A stretch of 64,000 bases of DNA from Pseudomonadota bacterium (GCA_043820105.1 JBDREC010000095.1:28898-92897), one strand, 5' to 3'; shown: positions 25,401-32,989, counted from the first letter of the stretch. The notes: generated by a model from the sequence alone, not told the origin. Translations and numbers: made by a program.

Positions 25401-26594
25401 ATGAAAAAAAGCAAATTAGTAATTATTTTATCTGCTTTATTGTGTATATTATTTTTTTTTATATACAATTTTTCAATTTTAGATAAAGAAAATCTTTATT
25501 CAGTCTCTGAAATTTTTCAACCTGCCTTCAATGATGACTCCGATATTAAAGGACTTGAGGAAGCTCTTAAAAGACAAGTTGAATATTTCGAAAAAGTCGA
25601 CTTAAAAAACACGCCTCAAATTGACCATCCTGCCTTCAGCCCTGAGAAAATAAAAGAAACAATAAACAAATTTTATAATTTTATTTTATCCAAGCCAACA
25701 AGCGATGATTTTAATAAGTTTATAAAGGATAATTTTAAAGTTTATAAAGCAAAAGGCAGTGGTATTTTTCAAAAGATTTTGTTTACCGGTTATTATACTC
25801 CATTAATAAAAGGAAGTCTTAAAAAGACTAGCAAATATATTCATCCTATTTATAGATTACCTAAAGATATCGTTAGCGCCGAACTTCGCTCTTTCAGTAA
25901 AAATCTTGAGAAAAAGACCATAAGAGGAAAAGTTTTAGATAATAGGTTGGTTCCTTATTTGACAAGACAGGAAATTGATCAAAAGTTAATGTTAGCAGGA
26001 AAGCAGCTTGAAATGCTTTGGACAGACAATTATATAGACCTTTTCTTTCTTCAGATTCAAGGCTCTGGAATTATTGAACTTGAAAACAACAAGCAAGTAA
26101 ACATAGGATATGCAGGAGTTAACGGCAGACCCTATGTCTCAATTGGAAAATTGCTAATTGAAGACAATAAAATTTCCACAGAAAATATGTCCATGCAAGC
26201 CATCAAACAGTATTTCAAAAATAATCCTGATGATCTAGAACACTACTTATATCAAAATGAGTCCTATGTCTTTTTCAAAGAACTAAGCAAAGATGAATTT
26301 CCAAAAGGAAGCTTAAACATTCCATTAGTGGCTAATCGTAGCATTGCTGCGGATCCAAACGTTTTCCCGAAGGGTTGTCTTGCGTATATTGAAACTGAAA
26401 AACCTATCTTTGATGATAATGGAAATATTATAAAATGGGAAAAGTTTGGAAGCTTTGTAATAGACCAGGATTCTGGTGGCGCCATTAAAGGTTCTGCTAG
26501 AATAGACATTTTCTTTGGAAAAGGGGAAACTGCTCAAACAACAGCTGGCTATTTTAAACAAAAGGGAAAAATGTTTTATTTTTCAGTTAACTAA
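25401..26594 (+). CDS. mltA: membrane-bound lytic murein transglycosylase A
   Basis: 397 aa with a signal anchor. MltA-type core (FFLQIQGSG...GYAGVNGRPYVSIG) and 3D domain (DSGGAIKGSARIDIFFG). Confidence 0.8.
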   Translation: MKKSKLVIILSALLCILFFFIYNFSILDKENLYSVSEIFQPAFNDDSDIKGLEEALKRQVEYFEKVDLKNTPQIDHPAFSPEKIKETINKFYNFILSKPTSDDFNKFIKDNFKVYKAKGSGIFQKILFTGYYTPLIKGSLKKTSKYIHPIYRLPKDIVSAELRSFSKNLEKKTIRGKVLDNRLVPYLTRQEIDQKLMLAGKQLEMLWTDNYIDLFFLQIQGSGIIELENNKQVNIGYAGVNGRPYVSIGKLLIEDNKISTENMSMQAIKQYFKNNPDDLEHYLYQNESYVFFKELSKDEFPKGSLNIPLVANRSIAADPNVFPKGCLAYIETEKPIFDDNGNIIKWEKFGSFVIDQDSGGAIKGSARIDIFFGKGETAQTTAGYFKQKGKMFYFSVN

Positions 26595-27059
26595 AGTATC
26601 ATAAATTATTTGTATTGCTGCAGCACAAGTACTTTTCTTGTTTTCTTGCCTATCCCCAATAAAATTAAACTTTTTAGTAAAGTTATTATTCTTAAATGCA
26701 AAACCAATATAAACAAGACCAATTGGTTTTTCTGCAGTAGCCCCGCTGGGCCCTGCTATTCCAGTTGTTGAGATTCCTATGTCAGATTTGCAAATCTTTT
26801 GAACACCCAAAGCCATCTCAATTGCTGTCTCTTGGCTAACAGCCCCATATTTATGAAGAGTCTTTTTTGATACATTCAGAAGATCAACTTTTAGATCGTT
26901 GCAATAGGCGATTATGCCACCCTTATAATAAGCGGATGATCCAGAGTTTTTAGCAAGCATATTCGCTAGCATGCCACTAGTACAAGACTCTGCGCTGGCA
27001 ATAGATAATTTGTTGTTTAAAAGAAAATCATGAAGGCTATCCAAAGTTTCATCTAACAA
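26583..27059 (-). CDS. pncC: CinA C-terminal domain protein / nicotinamide-nucleotide amidohydrolase PncC
   Basis: 158 aa. SIASAESCTSGMLANML and STTGIAGPSG motifs. Confidence 0.8.
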   Translation of the reverse strand: MLDETLDSLHDFLLNNKLSIASAESCTSGMLANMLAKNSGSSAYYKGGIIAYCNDLKVDLLNVSKKTLHKYGAVSQETAIEMALGVQKICKSDIGISTTGIAGPSGATAEKPIGLVYIGFAFKNNNFTKKFNFIGDRQENKKSTCAAAIQIIYDTLVN

Positions 27060-27208
27060 TTATTTTCTCCTTTTTTTGGAATATAGATAATAAAAACCTC
27101 AAGAAAGTTTGTCCATTCTTTTCTATAACAAGTTTCCTAACAATTCTGGACAGTGCGTTAAAAATAAGTGTAAAATCGGACATGTCATCATTTTTTTAAA
27201 AATATAAT

Positions 27209-27239
27209 TTGACAAAAGCACAAAAATATGTTTTATAAT
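27209..27239 (+). promoter_or_regulatory. candidate sigma-70 promoter
   Basis: TTGACA (27209-27214) and TATAAT (27234-27239) with a long 19-nt spacer, about 40 nt upstream of ATG 27277. Confidence 0.3.
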
Positions 27240-27276
27240 TTCAACTAATTACAAAATGTTTTCAAGGAGAGGTGAA

Positions 27277-27444
27277 ATGAACAATGAGCTGAGGAATCTC
27301 ATTGATGGAGAGAAAGGTTTAGCTTCGCTAGACTCTTGGATCTTCTACGATGATATTAGTCCCACCGACGATTTTGAAGAAAACAACCCTTTTAATGATG
27401 ACAAGAAAAAAAGAGGCAGAAAGAAAGATCTTTTTGACTTGTAA
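27277..27444 (+). CDS. small acidic/basic hypothetical protein translationally coupled to the phosphoesterase gene
   Basis: A strong RBS AAGGAGAGGTG lies 5 nt before ATG 27277. 55 aa ending in KKKRGRKKDLFDL. Its stop overlaps the next start as TAATG. Confidence 0.5.
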   Translation: MNNELRNLIDGEKGLASLDSWIFYDDISPTDDFEENNPFNDDKKKRGRKKDLFDL

Positions 27445-28574
27445 TGTACATTGGGCAGAAAGAAAATAAAAAGCTTGAATCACTAATTCTTGTTGTAAGT
27501 GATTTTCACATTGGGCAAGGTCACGAATTTGGCAAACCGAACAAATATGATGAATTCTTTTTTGATGAAGACTTCGCTGAATTTCTGGAATACTATTCGA
27601 CTGGAACCTTTTCAAATATCAATGTAGAACTCGTTATTAATGGTGATTTTTTTGATCTGCTTAAAGTCCGCTATAACAATAAGTTTCCTGATGTTATTAC
27701 TGAAATAGTTGCGATTTCAAAACTTAAAGATTGCATAAAGGGCCATCCAATAGTAATTGAGGCTCTAAAGAAATTCCTGTCATACAAAAAAAATAAAATC
27801 ACTTATATCCCCGGAAATCATGACATGGAGTTTTTCTTTGATTCTGTTCAAGAAGTTTTTAGACAAACCCTTACAGACAATGAATCAAGAGATAGAATTA
27901 ATTTCATCACAGATACTACAATTTACAAGCTAAAAGGAAACGTTCAGATTCATCATGGTTTTCAATTTGAGCTTCCAAATATTATTAATTTAAAAACTCT
28001 TATTCTAACAAAAAACTTACCTCAACCTGTTTTAAACCTTCCCTGGGGTTCTTATTTTGTGTTGAATGTTATTAATCCATTAAAAGCTGAAAGACCTTAT
28101 ATTGATCAAATACGTCCTTTTAGCCGCTTTTTATTAGGCAGTTTGATCCTTGATGTTAGTTTTACCTTAAGACTAATCTTTAAAACAATTTATTATTTTT
28201 GCAGAGTACGTTTTTTTAAACATCCAGCCAGAAATAGCAAATTTTCAAGAACATTTAAATTAATTACAAAAGGTTTAACCTTCTATCCAACACTTGATGA
28301 ACATGCAAAAAAAATTCTGCACAATAATGCAAATATCCAAGTAGTAATTTTTGGACACAGTCATATTTTTAGAATACGGTCATTTGACAATAATAAGCTC
28401 TATATTAATACAGGAACTTGGACAAAAATTATGAATCTTGATCTTTTTGAGTTCGCACAAAATGTGAAAAAAACCTATGCACAAATTGAATATTATAAAA
28501 ATGAAGACAAACCATCGGCCTTTTTACTTGAATGGAAAGGTATGACTAAACAATTCAAAATGTTGAATTTTTAA
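27444..28574 (+). CDS. calcineurin-like metallophosphoesterase
   Basis: 376 aa. Motifs VSDFHIG, NGDFFD, PGNHD and FGHSH appear in canonical order. Confidence 0.75.
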   Translation: MYIGQKENKKLESLILVVSDFHIGQGHEFGKPNKYDEFFFDEDFAEFLEYYSTGTFSNINVELVINGDFFDLLKVRYNNKFPDVITEIVAISKLKDCIKGHPIVIEALKKFLSYKKNKITYIPGNHDMEFFFDSVQEVFRQTLTDNESRDRINFITDTTIYKLKGNVQIHHGFQFELPNIINLKTLILTKNLPQPVLNLPWGSYFVLNVINPLKAERPYIDQIRPFSRFLLGSLILDVSFTLRLIFKTIYYFCRVRFFKHPARNSKFSRTFKLITKGLTFYPTLDEHAKKILHNNANIQVVIFGHSHIFRIRSFDNNKLYINTGTWTKIMNLDLFEFAQNVKKTYAQIEYYKNEDKPSAFLLEWKGMTKQFKMLNF

Positions 28575-28579
28575 ACTAA

Positions 28580-28783
28580 TTAGTTAACGTAAACTAATCT
28601 TTCAGTGTGGTAAGTCTTAAGATGAGTCAGCATTTCATCACTTGAAAAACATCCCAAATCAATGAGATTTTCGCCAATCTTTCCTCCAAACAACTTCTGT
28701 TTTTCAAGAGCAATAATTAAATCATGTCTTTTTATAATGTTTGATTTAACTAAATATTCTCCAAATCGTTTTATATCATTCAT
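28580..28783 (-). CDS. stand-alone MshEN / T2SSE_N-like domain protein (putative c-di-GMP receptor)
   Basis: 67 aa. RFGEYLVKSNIIKRHDLIIALEKQ, then LFGG, then KIGENLIDLGCFSSDEMLTHLKTY. This is two tandem copies approximating the 24-residue RLGxxLLxxGLIxxxxLxxxLxxQ motif. Confidence 0.6.
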   Translation of the reverse strand: MNDIKRFGEYLVKSNIIKRHDLIIALEKQKLFGGKIGENLIDLGCFSSDEMLTHLKTYHTERLVYVN

Positions 28784-28863
28784 GGAATTACCATCCCCTT
28801 TTCTTGAAATAAGTTAGAAAATAAATACTCATACCACGTCATCCTTCATTATTAAATAATCAA

Positions 28864-28879
28864 TGCAAGGAAGGTGCCA
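28864..28879 (-). promoter_or_regulatory. sigma-54 (-24/-12) promoter for the MshEN-like gene
   Basis: The minus strand reads TGGCAC-CTTCC-TTGCA, a perfect consensus, about 80 nt upstream of the start codon at 28783. Confidence 0.6.
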
Positions 28880-28979
28880 AGTTCTTGGGACAATTTGCTC
28901 AATATTTTTAGCATATTAAAAATACTGGGCAGTCAAGGGATGTCAAACTGGCAAAAACATATCCCAAAAGCAGGCACCA

Positions 28980-28998
28980 TGTGACACCACGTGTCGCA
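28980..28998. promoter_or_regulatory. candidate enhancer-binding-protein site (UAS)
   Basis: Imperfect palindrome TGTGACAC-CAC-GTGTCGCA in a locally GC-rich patch, about 100-120 bp upstream of the sigma-54 -24 element. Confidence 0.35.
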
Positions 28999-29123
28999 CC
29001 CTGTCATATTCTTTTCAAGTTGTCAATTAAAAATGCGAATAGACAAAATATCTTTATCGTTATTTTTTATCTAAAAAAAGGCCTAATATTGCCAGATTAT
29101 AAAAATATAATATTAATTTATAA

Positions 29124-29162
29124 TAAAAAAAACCCAATGACATAACTATCACGGGTTTTTTT
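29124..29162 (-). terminator. A/U-flanked stem-loop downstream of tRNA-Pro (potentially bidirectional)
   Basis: AAAAAAAACCC...GGGTTTTTTTT. The GC core is short (CCC/GGG) and extended by A:T pairs, with a 17-nt loop. Confidence 0.3.
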
Positions 29163-29165
29163 ATA

Positions 29166-29240
29166 TCGGGGCGAGTGGATTTGAACCACCGACTTCCTGC
29201 TCCCAAGGCAGGCGCGCTAACCGGGCTGCGCTACGCCCCG
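29166..29240 (-). tRNA. tRNA-Pro (anticodon UGG)
   Basis: The reverse complement is CGGGGCGTAGCGCAGCCCGGTTAGCGCGCCTGCCTTGGGAGCAGGAAGTCGGTGGTTCAAATCCACTCGCCCCGA. It folds by hand into a cloverleaf with anticodon loop CTTGGGA. No CCA is encoded. Confidence 0.9.
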
Positions 29241-29295
29241 TACTTTTATGCTTTTTTTAAAAAAGCTTGAATCTAATAAACTAAAATAAAAAGAC

Positions 29296-29324
29296 TTGCA
29301 AGTATTTTGTTTGTTTTTTATGAT
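29296..29324 (+). promoter_or_regulatory. candidate sigma-70 promoter for the FHA gene
   Basis: TTGCAA, 17 nt, TATGAT. The -35 hexamer sits in the palindrome CTTGCAAG, so it could also serve the divergent tRNA. Confidence 0.35.
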
Positions 29325-29349
29325 ATTTTATTAAATACTTTTTTTTGAT

Positions 29350-29724
29350 GTGAATATGGGAAATCTTATATTAAAAGACCAAGATAGAATTATTACAGTT
29401 TTCAATATTGAAAAGGATGTCACCTTCATAGGCAGGCTTGCATCTATTAACGATATTGTCCTCAAAGATCCATATGTATCCCGGCAACACGCTCTAATTA
29501 AAATCAAAGACAATGCGCATATTATATATGATTTTAATAGTTCTGCTGGCGTATTTGTTAATGGAGAAAAAATTTCAATGCATAACCTTGCTGATGGAGA
29601 TCAAATCACCTTAGGACATACCACGTTGGTTTATCGTGAAAGAGATGATGTTACTGCTATTACTGAAATGACTGAAATTGAAGACGAAACAATGATAATT
29701 AAAGGTAAAAAAGATAGTGCCTAG
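29350..29724 (+). CDS. FHA-domain protein
   Basis: 124 aa. VTFIGRLASINDIVLKDPYVSRQHALI...SSAGVFVNGEKI has the G-R, S-xx-H and N-G signatures of FHA. The start may be ATG 29356 instead of GTG 29350. Confidence 0.8.
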   Translation: MNMGNLILKDQDRIITVFNIEKDVTFIGRLASINDIVLKDPYVSRQHALIKIKDNAHIIYDFNSSAGVFVNGEKISMHNLADGDQITLGHTTLVYRERDDVTAITEMTEIEDETMIIKGKKDSA

Positions 29725-29774
29725 TATTTGATTTGCCTGCAAAGTTGCGGAAAAGACTGAATTCAACATTATTC

Positions 29775-30290
29775 TTATTCCAAATTTTTCAAAATAGACT
29801 TATAAGCGTTTTTAAGTTTTTCAATAGTATCCAGAGGATTAGAATATAAATCAGCTAACTTTTGGTTAGCCATTCTTAACTGACTGCTCATTGATTTCGT
29901 AATATTAAATAAAACTTTATTAGCCACAACATCAGATTTCGCGAGCATAATATCGAAATCCGTCTTTTTTAAAGTGAGCAATGTAACATCTGTTGTTGCT
30001 AAACATTTTGCAGATCTTTCTGAACCATCAACCAATGAAACCATTCCAAAAACGGAAGGTGCTTCAATTTCTGCTAGAGTCTCTTCATATTTTCCTGCTA
30101 CTGTTTTAGATATTTTGATATTTCCTTCAAACAAAAGGAACATATCATCGCCAGAATCTCCTTCATCGCAAATAATAGTATCTTTCTTTAGAACGCGACG
30201 ATTTAATTTACTTATAATGAAGTTAAATTCTTTATCATCCAGATTGTTGAATATATCTAATTTTCTTAACCTACTTAAAGCTTCTGACAT
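29775..30290 (-). CDS. stand-alone cyclic-nucleotide-binding (CAP effector) domain protein
   Basis: 171 aa. FGMVSLVDGSERSAKCLA matches the FGE...RSA phosphate-binding cassette. No DNA-binding domain. Confidence 0.8.
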   Translation of the reverse strand: MSEALSRLRKLDIFNNLDDKEFNFIISKLNRRVLKKDTIICDEGDSGDDMFLLFEGNIKISKTVAGKYEETLAEIEAPSVFGMVSLVDGSERSAKCLATTDVTLLTLKKTDFDIMLAKSDVVANKVLFNITKSMSSQLRMANQKLADLYSNPLDTIEKLKNAYKSILKNLE

Positions 30291-30304
30291 AATTCCACCA
30301 ATTC

Positions 30305-30826
30305 CTAATTTGAATCACCCTGCATTTTTGCATATTGTTTTTTAAATTCTTCAATACTGTTTGTAGGATCATCAAACATTTGAGAGATTTTTTTATTTGT
30401 ATTTCTTAATCGTCCTGCAATAATATAAGACATTTCACGTACTATTTTATTAGCTCCAGTATCATTGTTTTTTCTAAGCTCATCAAAATCTGCTTTTCTA
30501 AGCTTATAAACATTCAAGTTTGAAAGAACTGTAACTTTTGCAGATCGTTCTTGATCATCAATAAGCGCCATTTCACCGAAAATAGCACCTTTTGCTAAAG
30601 TTGCTAGCGCCTTCTCCCCACCGCTTGAAAGCGATTTAGTAACTTTAACCATACCATTTTCAATAAAATAAACAGCATCAGCACCAGCACCTTCTACAAA
30701 AACAACATCTCCTTTTTTATATTGAGTAATTTTACAAACCTTAATAATTCTAAGTTTTTCTTCATCAGTAAGATTATTGAATATTTTTACTTGGCCCAAA
30801 AATTGTAATAAAAAGTTTTCCTGCAT
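30305..30826 (-). CDS. stand-alone cyclic-nucleotide-binding domain protein (tandem paralog)
   Basis: 173 aa. FGEMALIDDQERSAKVTV. Same architecture as the downstream paralog. Confidence 0.8.
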   Translation of the reverse strand: MQENFLLQFLGQVKIFNNLTDEEKLRIIKVCKITQYKKGDVVFVEGAGADAVYFIENGMVKVTKSLSSGGEKALATLAKGAIFGEMALIDDQERSAKVTVLSNLNVYKLRKADFDELRKNNDTGANKIVREMSYIIAGRLRNTNKKISQMFDDPTNSIEEFKKQYAKMQGDSN

Positions 30827-30900
30827 AGTAGTATATTAATTCTTATGATATTAAAGTGAAAGTATTATATAAAAATGATTTTTAAAAAGAAAGGTTTTTT

Positions 30901-31872
30901 TTATATTGAAGTTTCTGAATATGAAGTTGCCATAACAGCTGCATCAAATACTACAACAGCTTTTGTATATTGGCCTGATCTAATATAGGCTTGGCCTGTT
31001 TGAATAAGTTGTTTTATGTCGTTTTTATCATCCTGTGAACATCTCATGTAATGAACATAGTGAACTGCTTCAGCACAATATTTTTCAATTCCACCAATCG
31101 CCATTTGAAAATCAACACTTAAGTAGTTTTGTCTAAATCCACCCCTTGCAAGTGAAGATGCAATCCAAATTCTCATTCTGGCTTCTTCAGCTGCCTGACT
31201 TAGAGTAACATTTGCACCGTATCCAAGCATTGGTTCATAATAATATGCATTAGCAGTATTTACAAAATCGATTCCAAAGTTAAGCCTTACTTGATTTCTG
31301 TAAGGATGATTTTGCCAATGAGGAACTGGTCTGGACATTTCACAAATTGAATTTCCAGCTGAACATTGTCTCCACCTATTCTGAAATGACATATCAAAGT
31401 TAAACCTTGAATAAGGACCAGGAGCTCCAAATCCACCATTTCCATACCACATAGGATTAAATGTACTATGGTAAAAATTACCCATTCCAAGTCCTAAGTT
31501 TAAGTTAAACTTTGGTGTGTTTAAATTAAAGTTAAAATTGAGACCTGGTCTTATGTTGTACATGCTTGAATATAATGACCATGGATATTGTTCAGGAATC
31601 CAATTTGGTCTTGGCATCATTGTAGACCTATTGTTATAAAATGTACTCCATTGATTCCAAGGTCTAGTCCTATAATATTCATAAGGTGCCCTTGGTCTGA
31701 CTACTGGAGGAGGTGTGCATTTATTTCTTGCATACCTTTGTTGTGTATTATAGTTATTACCATATGCACCATATGGAGTATTCTGAGGATAATAACCTCT
31801 TTGATTCTTACATCCGCTAAGAACAAATGTTGCAATTAAAACGGAAACTAATAATAATAAAATATTTTTCAC
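30901..31872 (-). CDS. lipoprotein, N/Y/W/P-rich, unknown function
   Basis: 323 aa. Lipobox in MKNILLLLVSVLIATFVLSGC. The central region is rich in Asn, Tyr, Trp, Pro and Phe (NFNFNLNTPKFNLNLGLGMGNF). A sigma-54 promoter lies upstream. Confidence 0.6.
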   Translation of the reverse strand: MKNILLLLVSVLIATFVLSGCKNQRGYYPQNTPYGAYGNNYNTQQRYARNKCTPPPVVRPRAPYEYYRTRPWNQWSTFYNNRSTMMPRPNWIPEQYPWSLYSSMYNIRPGLNFNFNLNTPKFNLNLGLGMGNFYHSTFNPMWYGNGGFGAPGPYSRFNFDMSFQNRWRQCSAGNSICEMSRPVPHWQNHPYRNQVRLNFGIDFVNTANAYYYEPMLGYGANVTLSQAAEEARMRIWIASSLARGGFRQNYLSVDFQMAIGGIEKYCAEAVHYVHYMRCSQDDKNDIKQLIQTGQAYIRSGQYTKAVVVFDAAVMATSYSETSI

Positions 31873-31922
31873 TGTGAAACTCCTTTACAAAGTATTTTTA
31901 TTTACTTTTCGAAGTAACATTA

Positions 31923-31938
31923 AGCAAAGGTCGTGCCA
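31923..31938 (-). promoter_or_regulatory. sigma-54 (-24/-12) promoter for the lipoprotein gene
   Basis: The minus strand reads TGGCAC-GACCT-TTGCT, a perfect consensus, about 50 nt upstream of ATG 31872. Confidence 0.6.
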
Positions 31939-32078
31939 AAAAGCCCATTTGATTTATTTCTATCATTTCATGGCCTTGTCGTTTTCAATAAAACTGCATC
32001 ATGGGAGTTCCTTGTCCAAAAACAAAAAAACTTGCGACATCCTTGGTGCAGGTATATATATATAGACAAGCCTCAAAA

Positions 32079-32113
32079 CTTATGACTTACGACTTACGAC
32101 TTACCACTTACGA
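32079..32113. repeat. CTTACGA-type heptamer array overlapping the 3' end of the J-domain gene
   Basis: CTTATGA CTTACGA CTTACGA CTTACCA CTTACGA. Positions 32086-32104 are the reverse complement of 11270-11288. It encodes the C-terminal residues VVSGKS plus the stop of the minus-strand gene. A (TA)6 run lies at 32053-32064. Confidence 0.9.
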
Positions 32114-32537
32114 CCTCTTCATAAGCCTTTTGAATCTCAATGGTTTTTTCTTTTGCAAAGTCTTGCAACTCAATTCCAAGATGTGCAACCTTATCCGGAT
32201 GGTATTCTGACATTTTTTGATAATATGCTTTTTTGATTTCTTCTTTGTTACACCCTTTTTTTATTTCAAGAATTTCATAAGGATCTTTTAAAGAAAAATT
32301 ACTTCCAAAGGAATTGCCAGATGAGGACTGCTGGCTATGCCTTTGATATTCTTGATATATTTTACGGTAGATCCATTTTGAAGCAAACTTTTTATAAAAA
32401 GAATACCCCAAAACAGCTACTAATACATCGTCTAGTCGACCTAATAGGGGATGCATAAAATCTGGAAGCAAATCCAAAGGAAGAAAAAAATATAAAAGCA
32501 CTATTGTTATTATTAAATATTTTACAAAAACAGTCAT
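32094..32537 (-). CDS. membrane protein with DUF1232 (YkvA-like) N-terminus and C-terminal J domain
   Basis: 147 aa. LDLLPDFMHPLLGRLDDVLVA is DUF1232-like. DPYEILEIKKGCNKEEIKKAYYQKMSEYHPDK is a J domain with HPD. Confidence 0.75.
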   Translation of the reverse strand: MTVFVKYLIITIVLLYFFLPLDLLPDFMHPLLGRLDDVLVAVLGYSFYKKFASKWIYRKIYQEYQRHSQQSSSGNSFGSNFSLKDPYEILEIKKGCNKEEIKKAYYQKMSEYHPDKVAHLGIELQDFAKEKTIEIQKAYEEVVSGKS

Positions 32538-32540
32538 AAT

Positions 32541-32575
32541 GCGTATAGAGTACGGCGTACAGCGTACGGCGTCAA
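32541..32575. repeat. GCGTACR-type heptamer array
   Basis: GCGTATA GAGTACG GCGTACA GCGTACG GCGTCAA. The 22-nt stretch 32551-32572 is the exact inverted copy of 20012-20033. Confidence 0.9.
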
Positions 32576-32675
32576 GGTAAAAAAGATAGCTATTTTTCTT
32601 GCTATAATAAATTTATCTGCTATTAGAAAAAGCAAATTCACCCTGTATTTTCTTGAATGTAAGAGGTTATTAAAA

Positions 32676-32930
32676 ATGCATGAACTTTCAATTGCAACGA
32701 CCCTACTGGAAACGATTAAGAAAACATGCAAAGAACATAATATTACAAGAATATATAAAGTACATTTAAGTGTAGGAGATCCTCCATCAGTTCAGTATGA
32801 TGCTTTGAGTTTTTGCTTTGAAACTATTTCAAAAGATACAATCGCTGAAGGCGCTGAATTATCAATGGAAAATACTGGCAGAGGAATTTATATACAAAAG
32901 TTAGATTGCGAAACAGAGGATGGTTGCTAG
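32676..32930 (+). CDS. hypA: HypA-like hydrogenase nickel-insertion protein, short form lacking the zinc CxxC...CxxC module
   Basis: 84 aa. It has the N-terminal MHE nickel motif and a HypA-like first about 65 residues. The ORF ends (TAG 32928-32930) inside the GGTTGCT heptamer array, before any CxxC pair. Confidence 0.65.
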   Translation: MHELSIATTLLETIKKTCKEHNITRIYKVHLSVGDPPSVQYDALSFCFETISKDTIAEGAELSMENTGRGIYIQKLDCETEDGC

Positions 32931-32949
32931 TTGCTGGTTGCTAGTAATG
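32922..32949. repeat. GGTTGCT/AGTTGCT heptamer array
   Basis: GGTTGCT AGTTGCT GGTTGCT AGTAATG. The 14-nt stretch GGTTGCTAGTTGCT is also at 62392-62405. Confidence 0.85.
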
Positions 32950-32989
32950 CAAAATAAAATTATCTGCGTTTAAGTGATAAGAATAATTA

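Noticed and set aside
31874-32210. Plus-strand ORFs 31874..32065 and 32001..32210 upstream of the lipoprotein gene
   Set aside because: They lie over the sigma-54 promoter, the (TA)6 run and the heptamer array. Their composition is implausible and they have no RBS.
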